NCBI GenBank assembly: GCA_963674705.1
Contig: OY771506.1
Location: forward strand, 2,784,001 to 2,848,000
From: Phycisphaeraceae bacterium
Lineage (GTDB): Bacteria; Planctomycetota; Phycisphaerae; Phycisphaerales; Phycisphaeraceae
Length of the DNA stretch: 64,000 nucleotides
Direction: 5' to 3'
Part shown: positions 11,200 through 19,516 of the stretch, in pieces
How the letters are laid out: each line of letters opens with the position of its first letter
How positions within the stretch are numbered: the first letter of the stretch is position 1
Notes under the pieces: model-generated
What the model saw: only the letters and a program-made list of their open reading frames with translations
Told to the model about the DNA's origin: nothing
Database searches by the model: none
Made by a program: the position numbers and the translations under genes

Positions 11200-11752
11200 T
11201 CAGATACATCCTGAAGTAGTACGTTTGTGTGCTGATGCGGCTGAGATTCGGAAAAAGTATAGTTGCCAGGAAGTTAGATCGGAGATGGGTGACGTTAGTG
11301 ATATTGTTAATGCATTAAATGAGTTTCAAGAATGTGTTCGATATCTTAATACACGCAGATCTCAAGGTGCTGTGCTTCATCTAGATTCGGAGGCTGATGT
11401 TCAGGATGCGTTATATTTGATGTTGCGTCCATGGATACCAGACTTATTAGAAGAAGATCCGGGGAGTCGGATTGCAAGCCGTTATACGATCAAAGATTTC
11501 GTGTCTGCACATTATAGAACTGTGATTGAGGCAAAGTATATTCGTGATCAAACTCATGGGAAGTCTATATCTAAGGAGTTGCATGATGATATCGAGACGT
11601 ATCGTCACCACATTAACTGCAGGCATCTTGTATTCTTTATATACGACCCAGATTCCTTAATCCCAAATCAACGATCACTGCGTGAGCAAATTGAAATATC
11701 ACGCACGCATGGATCAAAAACAATTTACTGCCACCTAATTGTGAAGCCATAG
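11192..11752 (+). CDS. PD-(D/E)XK nuclease, REase_DpnII-MboI-like
   Basis: EADVQDALY...EDP...IKDFV...VIEAK...ELHDDI..Y...LVFFIYDP; overlaps the upstream stop by 8 bp; AT-rich. Confidence 0.7.
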   Translation: MSSQIHPEVVRLCADAAEIRKKYSCQEVRSEMGDVSDIVNALNEFQECVRYLNTRRSQGAVLHLDSEADVQDALYLMLRPWIPDLLEEDPGSRIASRYTIKDFVSAHYRTVIEAKYIRDQTHGKSISKELHDDIETYRHHINCRHLVFFIYDPDSLIPNQRSLREQIEISRTHGSKTIYCHLIVKP

Positions 11753-11767
11753 CCGCAGACCGGGATA

Positions 11768-11920
11768 GGAAAAGGTGTCAGGGGATAGAGAAGAAACGGG
11801 GTCAGAGAAGAAACGGGGTCAGACCCCGTTTCCCCCTTACATGGGGCACAAACGGGAGAAGAAACGGGGTCAGACCCCGTTTCCCCCCTTACATGGGGCA
11901 CAAACGGTGTCAAACACCTT
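11768..11920 (+). repeat. Cluster of REP-like elements AAACGGGGTCAGACCCCGTTT / AAAAGGTGTCAGG with a ~51-bp tandem duplication
   Basis: Partial copy at 11788, full copies at 11805 and 11856; more copies at 12225-12250, 13049-13120 and 14553-14592. Confidence 0.85.
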
Positions 11921-11954
11921 ATGCCCACCTTATTCCCAAACAAAGGAGGTAATC

Positions 11955-12125
11955 ATGGAATTGAGTAATGCGGCCGAATCTAAGCTTCGCGATTGGTGCG
12001 GGCCTAATACTTGGCATACATCACATGACAGTGATATGGATCGGTGGTATGACTTTGTAGATCAATATCAACGTGATCATGGTTACACCATTGATGAAGC
12101 AGCATTGCCGGGTGCCACACTTTGA
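11955..12125 (+). pseudogene. Short hypothetical gene apparently truncated at a REP element
   Basis: AGGAGG RBS; protein-like MELSNAAESKLRDW...TWHTSHDSDMDRWYDFV; the frame runs into CGGGTGCC at 12109 and stops 17 bp later. Confidence 0.55.
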
Positions 12126-12143
12126 TCCGCAGGACAAGGTGTG
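12109..12143 (+). repeat. REP-like hairpin, family CGGGTGCCACACTTTG..CAAAGTGTG
   Basis: Second copy at 12322-12356; an inverted pair of the same family lies at 38828-38910. Confidence 0.75.
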
Positions 12144-12392
12144 AAAGATGGGCAGCGACATATGGCAACATCAAATAAACCATCAGAAGCACGTATGTTT
12201 ATGAGGTTGTTGTGGACAATATTTAAGAAGAAACGGGGTCAGACCCCGTATTAGGATCCGGGTAAGTAACAATCCGACAGGCCAATCAAAGACAGGGACG
12301 CATTATGCGAATGATCAGTGCCGGGTGCCCGCCTTTGACCCGCAGGCCAAAGTGTGCGATTGTGGGGACACAACATAAGAAGGAGATTGTCT

Positions 12393-12743
12393 ATGGGATA
12401 CGATTTACACATCACACGTGCGGACGATTGGTCTGAGAGTGAAGAGCATGCTATCACGCTTGATGAATGGCTGTCATATGTTGCATCGGACCAGGAATTG
12501 CATTTGCAAACACATGCGGAAGTTCAAACGCCTACCGGGACGCTGAGCTGCGATAACGAGGGGCTGGCGATATGGTCGGGAACCCAAGCAGGTGGTGCCG
12601 ATCCAGAGAATATTTGGTTCGATTATCGACGTGGCCGTATTGTTGTAAAGAATCCCGAAAAGCATGTCATAGCCAAAATGATAAGAGTCGCCGATCAACT
12701 GAAAGCAAAAGTCATAGGCGACGAAGGCGAACAATACAGCTAG
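12393..12743 (+). CDS. Hypothetical protein (MGYDLHITRA..W type, 116 aa)
   Basis: AAGGAG RBS; complete acidic ORF ending VIGDEGEQYS. Confidence 0.75.
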   Translation: MGYDLHITRADDWSESEEHAITLDEWLSYVASDQELHLQTHAEVQTPTGTLSCDNEGLAIWSGTQAGGADPENIWFDYRRGRIVVKNPEKHVIAKMIRVADQLKAKVIGDEGEQYS

Positions 12744-12747
12744 TGGC

Positions 12748-13048
12748 AAGAAAAGGGGATAAGTACATTTAAGAGGGCTAGGGGGCGCGGAAAAGGGGCC
12801 ATTCAACTTTAGTGCGTCGAGAAAGCCGGGGGCGGAAGTGGGTTCTGATCCCGCCCCGCGGGGCCGATACTGTTTCACTCAATCGGATACACTTATATAG
12901 CCGAGCGTGCCCCGACGTGGTTGGGGTTACATCGCTCCGTGTCGCACCATACTGCCTGAAAGGGCGTCCGCATGGCCAACAAGGATCAAAACAAGCGCAC
13001 CGACAATAAGAACAAACCCAAACTCACCGTCAAGGAAAAAAAGGAACG
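12748..13048 (+). repeat. 301-bp direct repeat, copy 1 (copy 2 at 13528-13828)
   Basis: Offset exactly 780 bp; 5 mismatches counted by eye. Confidence 0.95.
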
Positions 13049-13088
13049 AGGAAGAAAAGGTGTCAGGAACCAAATCGACGGGAGATGA
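12972..13088 (+). pseudogene. Truncated/chimeric copy of the small Lys-rich peptide gene
   Basis: Same protein sequence as 13752-13862 up to ...KEKKER, then continues into REP sequence (GRKGVRNQIDGR*). Confidence 0.55.
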
Positions 13089-13347
13089 AACGGGGAGATG
13101 AAACGGGGTCTGACCCCGTTTAACTCACAGGATCAGCCGCCGCGCCGGCCTGTATGGCAAGCCGGCACCGAAGGGTGTATGCAAGATGCACAACACAACA
13201 AAGCACAATCTCTTTGAACTGCTAGGCGATATCTGCCTGTCTGTTGCTGAATGCATTGTCGACGTCGTTACGCTATTATAATTCGTAGGTCCGCACTGCA
13301 CGGACACTAAGTTCTAAAAAGGTTGTATGACGTAACAGGAACACATC

Positions 13348-13542
13348 ATGCGAATGATCAGTGCATCGATATTCATGTTGGCATCGGCCGTGTTTTTCCT
13401 TGCGGTGCAGACGGCCGTGAGGCAGGATGAGTTGTCGCTGATAGGCGTCGGCGCTTCACTGATCTTGGGCATCTTCGGCGTCACGGAATACATCGTAAGT
13501 CTGGTGGAGAGGGTAAGAAAAGGGGGTAAGAAAAGGGGATAA
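13348..13542 (+). CDS. Small two-TM membrane protein whose C-terminus is supplied by repeat sequence
   Basis: CAGGA RBS; two hydrophobic segments; stop codon lies inside AAGAAAAGGGGATAA. Confidence 0.55.
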   Translation: MRMISASIFMLASAVFFLAVQTAVRQDELSLIGVGASLILGIFGVTEYIVSLVERVRKGGKKRG

Positions 13543-13828
13543 GTACATTTAAGGGGGCTAGGGGGCGCGGAAAAGGGGCTATTCAACTTTAATGCGTCGA
13601 GAAAGCCGGGGGCGGAAGTGGGTTATGATCCCGCCCCGCGGGGCCGATACTGTTTCACTCAATCGGATACACTTATATAGCCGAGCGTGCCCCGACGTGG
13701 TTGGGGTTACATCGCTCCGTGTCGCACCATACTGCCTGAAAGGGCGTCCGCATGGCCAACAAGGATCAAAACAAGCGCACCGACAATAAGAACAAGCCCA
13801 AACTCACCGTCAAGGAAAAAAAGGAACG
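13528..13828 (+). repeat. 301-bp direct repeat, copy 2
   Basis: Matches 12748-13048. Confidence 0.95.
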
Positions 13829-13862
13829 CAAAGCCCGCAAGGCCGCGGAGAAGAACAAGTGA
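13752..13862 (+). CDS. Small basic protein (36 aa) MANKDQNKRTDNKNKPKLTVKEKKERKARKAAEKNK
   Basis: Below the ORF-track cutoff; GAAAGGG upstream; host-like codons (AAG, AAC, GCC); the one difference between copies within the shared coding part is synonymous (AAA/AAG). Confidence 0.65.
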   Translation: MANKDQNKRTDNKNKPKLTVKEKKERKARKAAEKNK

Positions 13863-14024
13863 GTCTGGTGTCGTGAGCCAGGTGTCGGATACCGGATCCA
13901 CTCCCGACTTTTGCCATTAGCTCCCGAAGCCGTTGGCGATGAATAACTTGTAGTATAAGTTCGTGGCGTTCGGGCCAGGCCCGTTAATCCACATAGGGTG
14001 GTTACATGAAAGCCGGGTGGCACA

Positions 14025-14552
14025 ATGTTTCGATGGCTCTACCGGACCGGACTCATCCTGTTCATCATCGCAATGTTGATAGTGATCGGCCTCTGGGTAA
14101 ACAGCTACCGACGTGCCGACGCACTGACATTTCTTTTGCACACGGACACCAGCTACCGACTCCAGGCCGACCGCGGGCGGTTCGAGGTCTATACCTTTCC
14201 GCACCTTGGCGACAAAACATACTGGTACAGCTTCACACACTACACACCCAAACCGGGCGCAACGCGTCTAGACAAGCGGTGCACCCACCACGCATGGGGC
14301 TTCGGCTACACCGGGCAGAAGCAAGCCGGCCACATCTGGCCCGGCGGTGGTGATCGCATGGTCGACATCTTTCAACTCGTCGTCCCCGCCTGGGCGATGT
14401 TGGTCTTTTGGACGCTGCTGTTCGCCGCCTACATCGCAGCCGTTCGCAGGATTCGACGCACACACCGCCGCCGCCACGGCCTCTGCACCCGCTGTGGCTA
14501 CGACATGCGCGCAAGCCCCGACGCCTGTCCCGAATGCGGAAAGAGCAAATAG
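14025..14552 (+). CDS. Two-TM membrane protein with C-terminal zinc ribbon
   Basis: TM..WVNSY, loop, TM, then CTRCGYDMRASPDACPECG. Confidence 0.75.
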   Translation: MFRWLYRTGLILFIIAMLIVIGLWVNSYRRADALTFLLHTDTSYRLQADRGRFEVYTFPHLGDKTYWYSFTHYTPKPGATRLDKRCTHHAWGFGYTGQKQAGHIWPGGGDRMVDIFQLVVPAWAMLVFWTLLFAAYIAAVRRIRRTHRRRHGLCTRCGYDMRASPDACPECGKSK

Positions 14553-14768
14553 GATATGAAACGGATGGACGAAACGGGGCCAAACCCCGAATGGTTGAGC
14601 CAACATGAGAGGCAATTTATAGGGGAGCGGAAAAGGGACATTTTACTTTTAGCTAGCAAGTAGCATGGGTCCCATTCCGGGGCAGGGTGGGGAGTAAGAA
14701 TAGGGGATACGTACATTCATTTGACAGCGTAAACTGATTATCTTCTGCTGTAAGTACAACGATCGACC

Positions 14769-14816
14769 GGACCCCCGGACCCCCGGACCCCCGGACCCCC
14801 GGACCCCCGGACCCCC
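14769..14816. repeat. Tandem octamer (GGACCCCC)x6
   Basis: Six perfect units ending 10 bp before the next start codon. Confidence 0.95.
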
Positions 14817-14826
14817 AACCCAGGGA

Positions 14827-15588
14827 ATGCAGGCACTGGACATCACGCAAACTATTCTTGTTGCTTCGGCACTGGTGTTCGCCTGCATGGTGCAGGGCGC
14901 GGTCGGGTTCGGGGCGGGGATGTTTGCGATCCCGTTGATGGTCTGGGCGGGTGAGAGTTTGCCGGCGGCGATCACCATCACGATGGGCGGCGTCATCGTG
15001 CAATGCGGGTGGAACCTGTATCGATATCGCGGCCACGTCACGATGCGTGAGTTGATGCCGTTGACGACGACCCGGTTGCTGACGCTGCCGGTGGGTGTGC
15101 TGCTGCTGAGCGTCCTGGTGGGTCTGGGGACGGACCGCGTGAAGCAATGTGTCGGCCTGATGCTGTTGCTGGCACTATTGACGCAGTGGCTATTGAAGGT
15201 CAGGCCGCGTGAGCGGGTAGCATGGGGCTGGACGCTGTTGGCAGGTGGGGCGAGCGGTCTGATGGGTGGGATGGTCGGCATGGGTGGGCCGCCGGTCGTG
15301 TTATGGGTGATGGCGCATGACTGGCCTGCGAAAAAAGCGAGGTCGTTTTTATGGGGCACCTTCGTGCTGCTGATCCCATTCAACCTGTTGCTTCTTGTGT
15401 ACAAGTTCGGCAACGAAATTGGGTGGGCGTTGCTGCTGGGTTTGTGCCTGGCGCCGCTGGTGGTGGCGGGTTCGGAACTGGGCCAGCGGATCGGCGGGCT
15501 GATGAACCGCCATCGCTTGCGAACCGTCGCGCTCGGCTTCCTGCTGATCCTGGCCCTGGTCTCCGTGTTCGGTCCGCTGCTGCGTTAG
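14827..15588 (+). CDS. TauE/SafE-family (sulfite exporter-like) membrane protein
   Basis: VQGAVGFGAG and GLMGGMVGMGGPP repeats; about 8 TM. Confidence 0.85.
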   Translation: MQALDITQTILVASALVFACMVQGAVGFGAGMFAIPLMVWAGESLPAAITITMGGVIVQCGWNLYRYRGHVTMRELMPLTTTRLLTLPVGVLLLSVLVGLGTDRVKQCVGLMLLLALLTQWLLKVRPRERVAWGWTLLAGGASGLMGGMVGMGGPPVVLWVMAHDWPAKKARSFLWGTFVLLIPFNLLLLVYKFGNEIGWALLLGLCLAPLVVAGSELGQRIGGLMNRHRLRTVALGFLLILALVSVFGPLLR

Positions 15589-15754
15589 GATGCTTCTGGA
15601 TAAGGAGCAAAAGCTTTCAGCAAGCAGCATGGGTCACATTCCGGCGTAGGGCGGGTGTAGCGAAGCGACTGCTTCAATTGATGTTTCATGTCCGAACCGC
15701 AACGCACCATTATTGCGGGCATCACACATGACCGTTATCGAAACCGGCAAGGCC

Positions 15755-15814
15755 GACCCCACATCGTCGATGCGGGGCTAAATAATTAGCCCCCCGTCGA
15801 CGACCGGGGGTTAA
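15755..15814. repeat. REP-like palindrome doublet (same family as 7893-7947)
   Basis: ACCCCACATCGTCGATGCGGGGCTAA and TTAGCCCCCCGTCGACGACCGGGGGTTAA. Confidence 0.75.
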
Positions 15815-16052
15815 CGGGGGTAATCCGGGGGCGCGGGGGTGAACAGGCCTTGGGCGTTCGTGGGATTGGGATGAATAAGCGATGCCATGTGACACGTTGC
15901 CACAATCAGTTTACGATTGAATTGTGATCGGATTGGCTACAGCAAGTAGCATACGTCCCATGACGCGATAGCGGCGTGATGTAGTTGTAACGACGCGACG
16001 CCTTCCACAACGCTACGTGTTATACCCACCGATCCGACAAACGAGGTACTTC

Positions 16053-16220
16053 ATGAACGATATCACCGTGGGACTCTTGCTTATTACGATCATGGCAATG
16101 ACGTCGTCAGCCGTACACGCTTCATGGCGTAAGAAACACAATCGGGTAGTAGATCATCTGAATCAACAGATCGATGACCTGAAGGCAGAGATCGAACGAT
16201 TAAGACGAGGTGTGATGTGA
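16053..16220 (+). CDS. Small protein with TM helix and coiled coil
   Basis: GAGG RBS; GTGA overlap with the next gene. Confidence 0.55.
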   Translation: MNDITVGLLLITIMAMTSSAVHASWRKKHNRVVDHLNQQIDDLKAEIERLRRGVM

Positions 16221-17281
16221 ACAGGCTTGTGATCTGGTTCGGGCTGTTGCTGATGTGTGTTGTTTGTCCGGCAGCGGGAGAGGGGCCGGCGCTTTCGCAG
16301 CTGCCGCCGCTACAACCTAAACCTTACGCCATCGGCATCGCGCCCTCGCATATCACGACCGATCCTAACCCGATGTTCGCATCAACATCGCAGTGGCAGA
16401 ACGTCGCCGAGCATACCGACCTTTACAAGTACTACGGCGTGCAACTGCTCGATATCGACTGGTCGACGAACCTCGACGCCAAAGCATTCGTTGCCTGCAT
16501 GAAGCAGCAGGAAATCCGCATCGGTTGCGAGTTCGGCAGCTTCGGCCTCGGCGGCGACACGATCCCCGACCCGGCGCAAGCGGCCTTCAATGAAATCGAC
16601 CCGATCTACGACGCCGGCGGCGAAGTCTATTCGCTGCATCTCGACGGGCCTATCCGCCGAATGATCAAAGGCTTTCAGGACCATCCCAACGCGCAGAGCA
16701 TGGACCAGATCGCCGCCCGCCTCGTCGACTTCTACCAGAAAGTCCACGCCAAGTACCCCGACATCCGCATCGGCCTGATTACCAACTTCCCCAACTGGGA
16801 CTACACCGCCGAACTCGTCGGCTACAACGGTCACTACACCGATACCTCCGGCGTCACCTACGCCCAGGCCCTCGACACGCTCTACGAAGCCCTTAGAAAC
16901 GCGGGTGAAAAGATCGCTTTCATCGAAGTCGATTGCCCCTACAACTATTACAAGGAATCACGCACGCGTAACAGCGACGCGCCGCTCGATAACGCGACGA
17001 AGTTCATCAAGCTGCAGAAGTGGTGCAACCAGCGCGACATCCGCTTCCACATGATCGTCAACGCAGAGCCGCGCGGCACGGGCGGCAAGGGCTTCCACGA
17101 TATGACCTGCACCTATATCAAACAACTCCGCAACGACGGCATCTTCCCCGATCTCTTTCTCATCCAGTCCTGGTACAAACAGCCCGAAGAACATTTGCCC
17201 GAATCCGAACCCAACACCTTCATGAACACCGCACGCGACGCGATCGAGTTGTTGCCTTCATCTGCAAAAAAGCAACGGTAG
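16217..17281 (+). CDS. Secreted hypothetical protein
   Basis: 354 aa; N-terminal signal peptide; strong host codon bias. Confidence 0.75.
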   Translation: MNRLVIWFGLLLMCVVCPAAGEGPALSQLPPLQPKPYAIGIAPSHITTDPNPMFASTSQWQNVAEHTDLYKYYGVQLLDIDWSTNLDAKAFVACMKQQEIRIGCEFGSFGLGGDTIPDPAQAAFNEIDPIYDAGGEVYSLHLDGPIRRMIKGFQDHPNAQSMDQIAARLVDFYQKVHAKYPDIRIGLITNFPNWDYTAELVGYNGHYTDTSGVTYAQALDTLYEALRNAGEKIAFIEVDCPYNYYKESRTRNSDAPLDNATKFIKLQKWCNQRDIRFHMIVNAEPRGTGGKGFHDMTCTYIKQLRNDGIFPDLFLIQSWYKQPEEHLPESEPNTFMNTARDAIELLPSSAKKQR

Positions 17282-17388
17282 TGGTCCTGGTTTGATAATG
17301 GATGAACGTTAGTTAATACTGATGATTGTCTGGCCTAGTAAAGCAAGTGGAGTATTCAGAACATCTGATTAATGAAGGAGCGTTCGAT

Positions 17389-17724
17389 ATGACGACCCTG
17401 GTACTTGCTAAGTCATTTATTGTCCCGGCAATGATCCTTGCGATGATCGCAGCGGTTGTTGCTTTGGCGATCCATCATCGCTGGCGGCGCCTGTGGCTGG
17501 GTTCGGTGGCGGCGGCGGTTTTAGGGACCTGTCTGTGGTTCGCCATTACGTTACCGCTGTCGCTGATGGACGGCTGGTCAGGCTTCACACAGGAGTGGCC
17601 TTACATGCTTAACGCGCTGCTGATCTGCGCCGCAATAAACTTCCCGATCGCATTAGGTGTGGGGCTGCTCGTTCGTCATCATCGAGCAACGCAGCACATT
17701 GAAACGACCGGCGGCGCTACGTGA
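17389..17724 (+). CDS. Small three-TM membrane protein
   Basis: AAGGAG RBS; three hydrophobic segments. Confidence 0.65.
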   Translation: MTTLVLAKSFIVPAMILAMIAAVVALAIHHRWRRLWLGSVAAAVLGTCLWFAITLPLSLMDGWSGFTQEWPYMLNALLICAAINFPIALGVGLLVRHHRATQHIETTGGAT

Positions 17725-17935
17725 TGCGTAGATAAAATGCTTTTTTACGCATGGCCTCGTCAAAAAGGGATGAAAGAGCATTGGTGCTTTTGGTACCATA
17801 TCTTGTCCTGCCAATGTCTGAGGGGTGTACTCACAGATGTGCCGGGCCGATCGGGACACCCGATTATTTGCAGTACCCATTTGTATACATGAGTCTTCTT
17901 CATACTTATTCTTCTGTGGAATATGGAGGTTGGTT

Positions 17936-18610
17936 ATGACGCGTTATACAGGTATGACTGATAACAACCATTTGATGTGTTTCTTGTTTGCCATGGCTGC
18001 TGCGCTGTGCATCGCCACCACAGCACCGGCGGTTGTCATCGACGACTTTACGGTCGGCCCGCAAAACGTGCTGCTGCAGGATCAGAGCAGTGACCTGTCG
18101 CAAACGAGCCTGTCGGGCGATCACGTCCTCGGCGGCCGGCGCGGTGTGGATCTGTGGGGCAACGGGGGAAGCACTTCATTAGTGATCGATACCACCAACG
18201 GCGGCAAAGCGATTGTTGATGTGGCCGACGGCTGGGGATATCTCGCGCTGACATACGGCACCACTGAAAACCCGCTCAACCTCAACCTTGCCGCCATCGG
18301 ACACGACACGATCCGCCTGCGCTACCGGATTTCAAGTGTCAGCGGAACCACTTACGTCCCTGGCTGGTACCGCGTCTATGGCACGGGCCAGCAGATCGAC
18401 ATCCCGTTCGCCAATACCGCCAGCGACAACATCATCGAAGTTATCAGCAGTATCCCTGCAAGCAACGACCTGACCGACATCGATAAGATTGAAGTCAATA
18501 TCCTCCGCATCCCCGCCGGCACGACTATTGAACTCATTGACATCATCACCGTCCCCGAGCCCACGTTCGCGCTGCTATTGCTTACGCCGATGTTGTTAAG
18601 AAGGAAGTAA
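17936..18610 (+). CDS. PEP-CTERM protein
   Basis: GGAGG RBS; signal peptide; VIDDF mature start; C-terminal VPEPTFALLLLTPMLLRRK. Confidence 0.85.
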   Translation: MTRYTGMTDNNHLMCFLFAMAAALCIATTAPAVVIDDFTVGPQNVLLQDQSSDLSQTSLSGDHVLGGRRGVDLWGNGGSTSLVIDTTNGGKAIVDVADGWGYLALTYGTTENPLNLNLAAIGHDTIRLRYRISSVSGTTYVPGWYRVYGTGQQIDIPFANTASDNIIEVISSIPASNDLTDIDKIEVNILRIPAGTTIELIDIITVPEPTFALLLLTPMLLRRK

Positions 18611-19516
18611 AACGCATCAGTTAGTCCTCGGTCGACGACCGGGGGCTGTTTGTCCTGCATCTATCCATATAGTCTCGAAACAGATCGGATTGGTTCGATC
18701 GCATGCAAGAAGTGATGGCAACTTTGCCAATTGCTGGTCAAAACATCATGCCTGTTTACTTATACGAACGGTGATGGATATGCAAGCCGGCCTGCCGGAG
18801 TGTGCGCGACAGGCCGGGCGTACGACTGGCTGAACGCCGGGGGTTGTGAGTCGACCCACAACGTGCGCACGGCTACCGATCGCGACAGAACCGTGCGCCC
18901 AAAGAGTGGTGGATAACTGACGTCTGGCGCGAGGCCGATTTGCAGGTAAGAAACTATTGATGTAGTTCGCTCATGCCCGGCGTCCCGACCGAGCAACGGC
19001 GCGGCCGCGAGCTTGATAAACGACGACTTGGTGACATCACTAATGAACTTGATGAAGATCGGCCAAGTCCGTGCATGTCATGATGATGGTGTGCAGAAAG
19101 ACTCGCAACACAATTGTCGTACAACCATATCAAGGCGCAAGTAGCTACTTCCACTCAGCATCATAAAACATAGTGTTATGTCTTATGTGCTTGATGAAGT
19201 ATTTCTTCTTCTTGTTGCGAACAAGTATGCAAAGATAGTGGTGGTAAACGGACGCATTCAATGTATACTGGCTCTTATCTGGTCAACGACCGGACGGCGG
19301 CGGTTATATTGACATATCATGAAAGTGGAGGGAGTTCGAGCGGTTCATTATGGGTGGTTCACTTCTGAACGCACCATTGGGCGGGTTAATCATTATCTAC
19401 GTATGTAGCGTTATCGCGTTCCTGATGCGCGATATCTGTTTAACGACTATTTAGCTTAATAACAGGCTATGTGCCTGATTCATTACTTATACACAATTCA
19501 AAATGGGAGAAAGAAC

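Noticed and set aside
13186..13281. 31-aa ORF MHNTTKHNLFELLGDICLSVAECIVDVVTLL
   Set aside because: Weak RBS and no independent support; not listed as a gene
11768..14730. CRISPR array or classical integron
   Set aside because: Repeat spacing is irregular (17 to >1000 bp), and there are no cas genes, no integrase and no recognisable RYYYAAC...GTTRRRY attC sites
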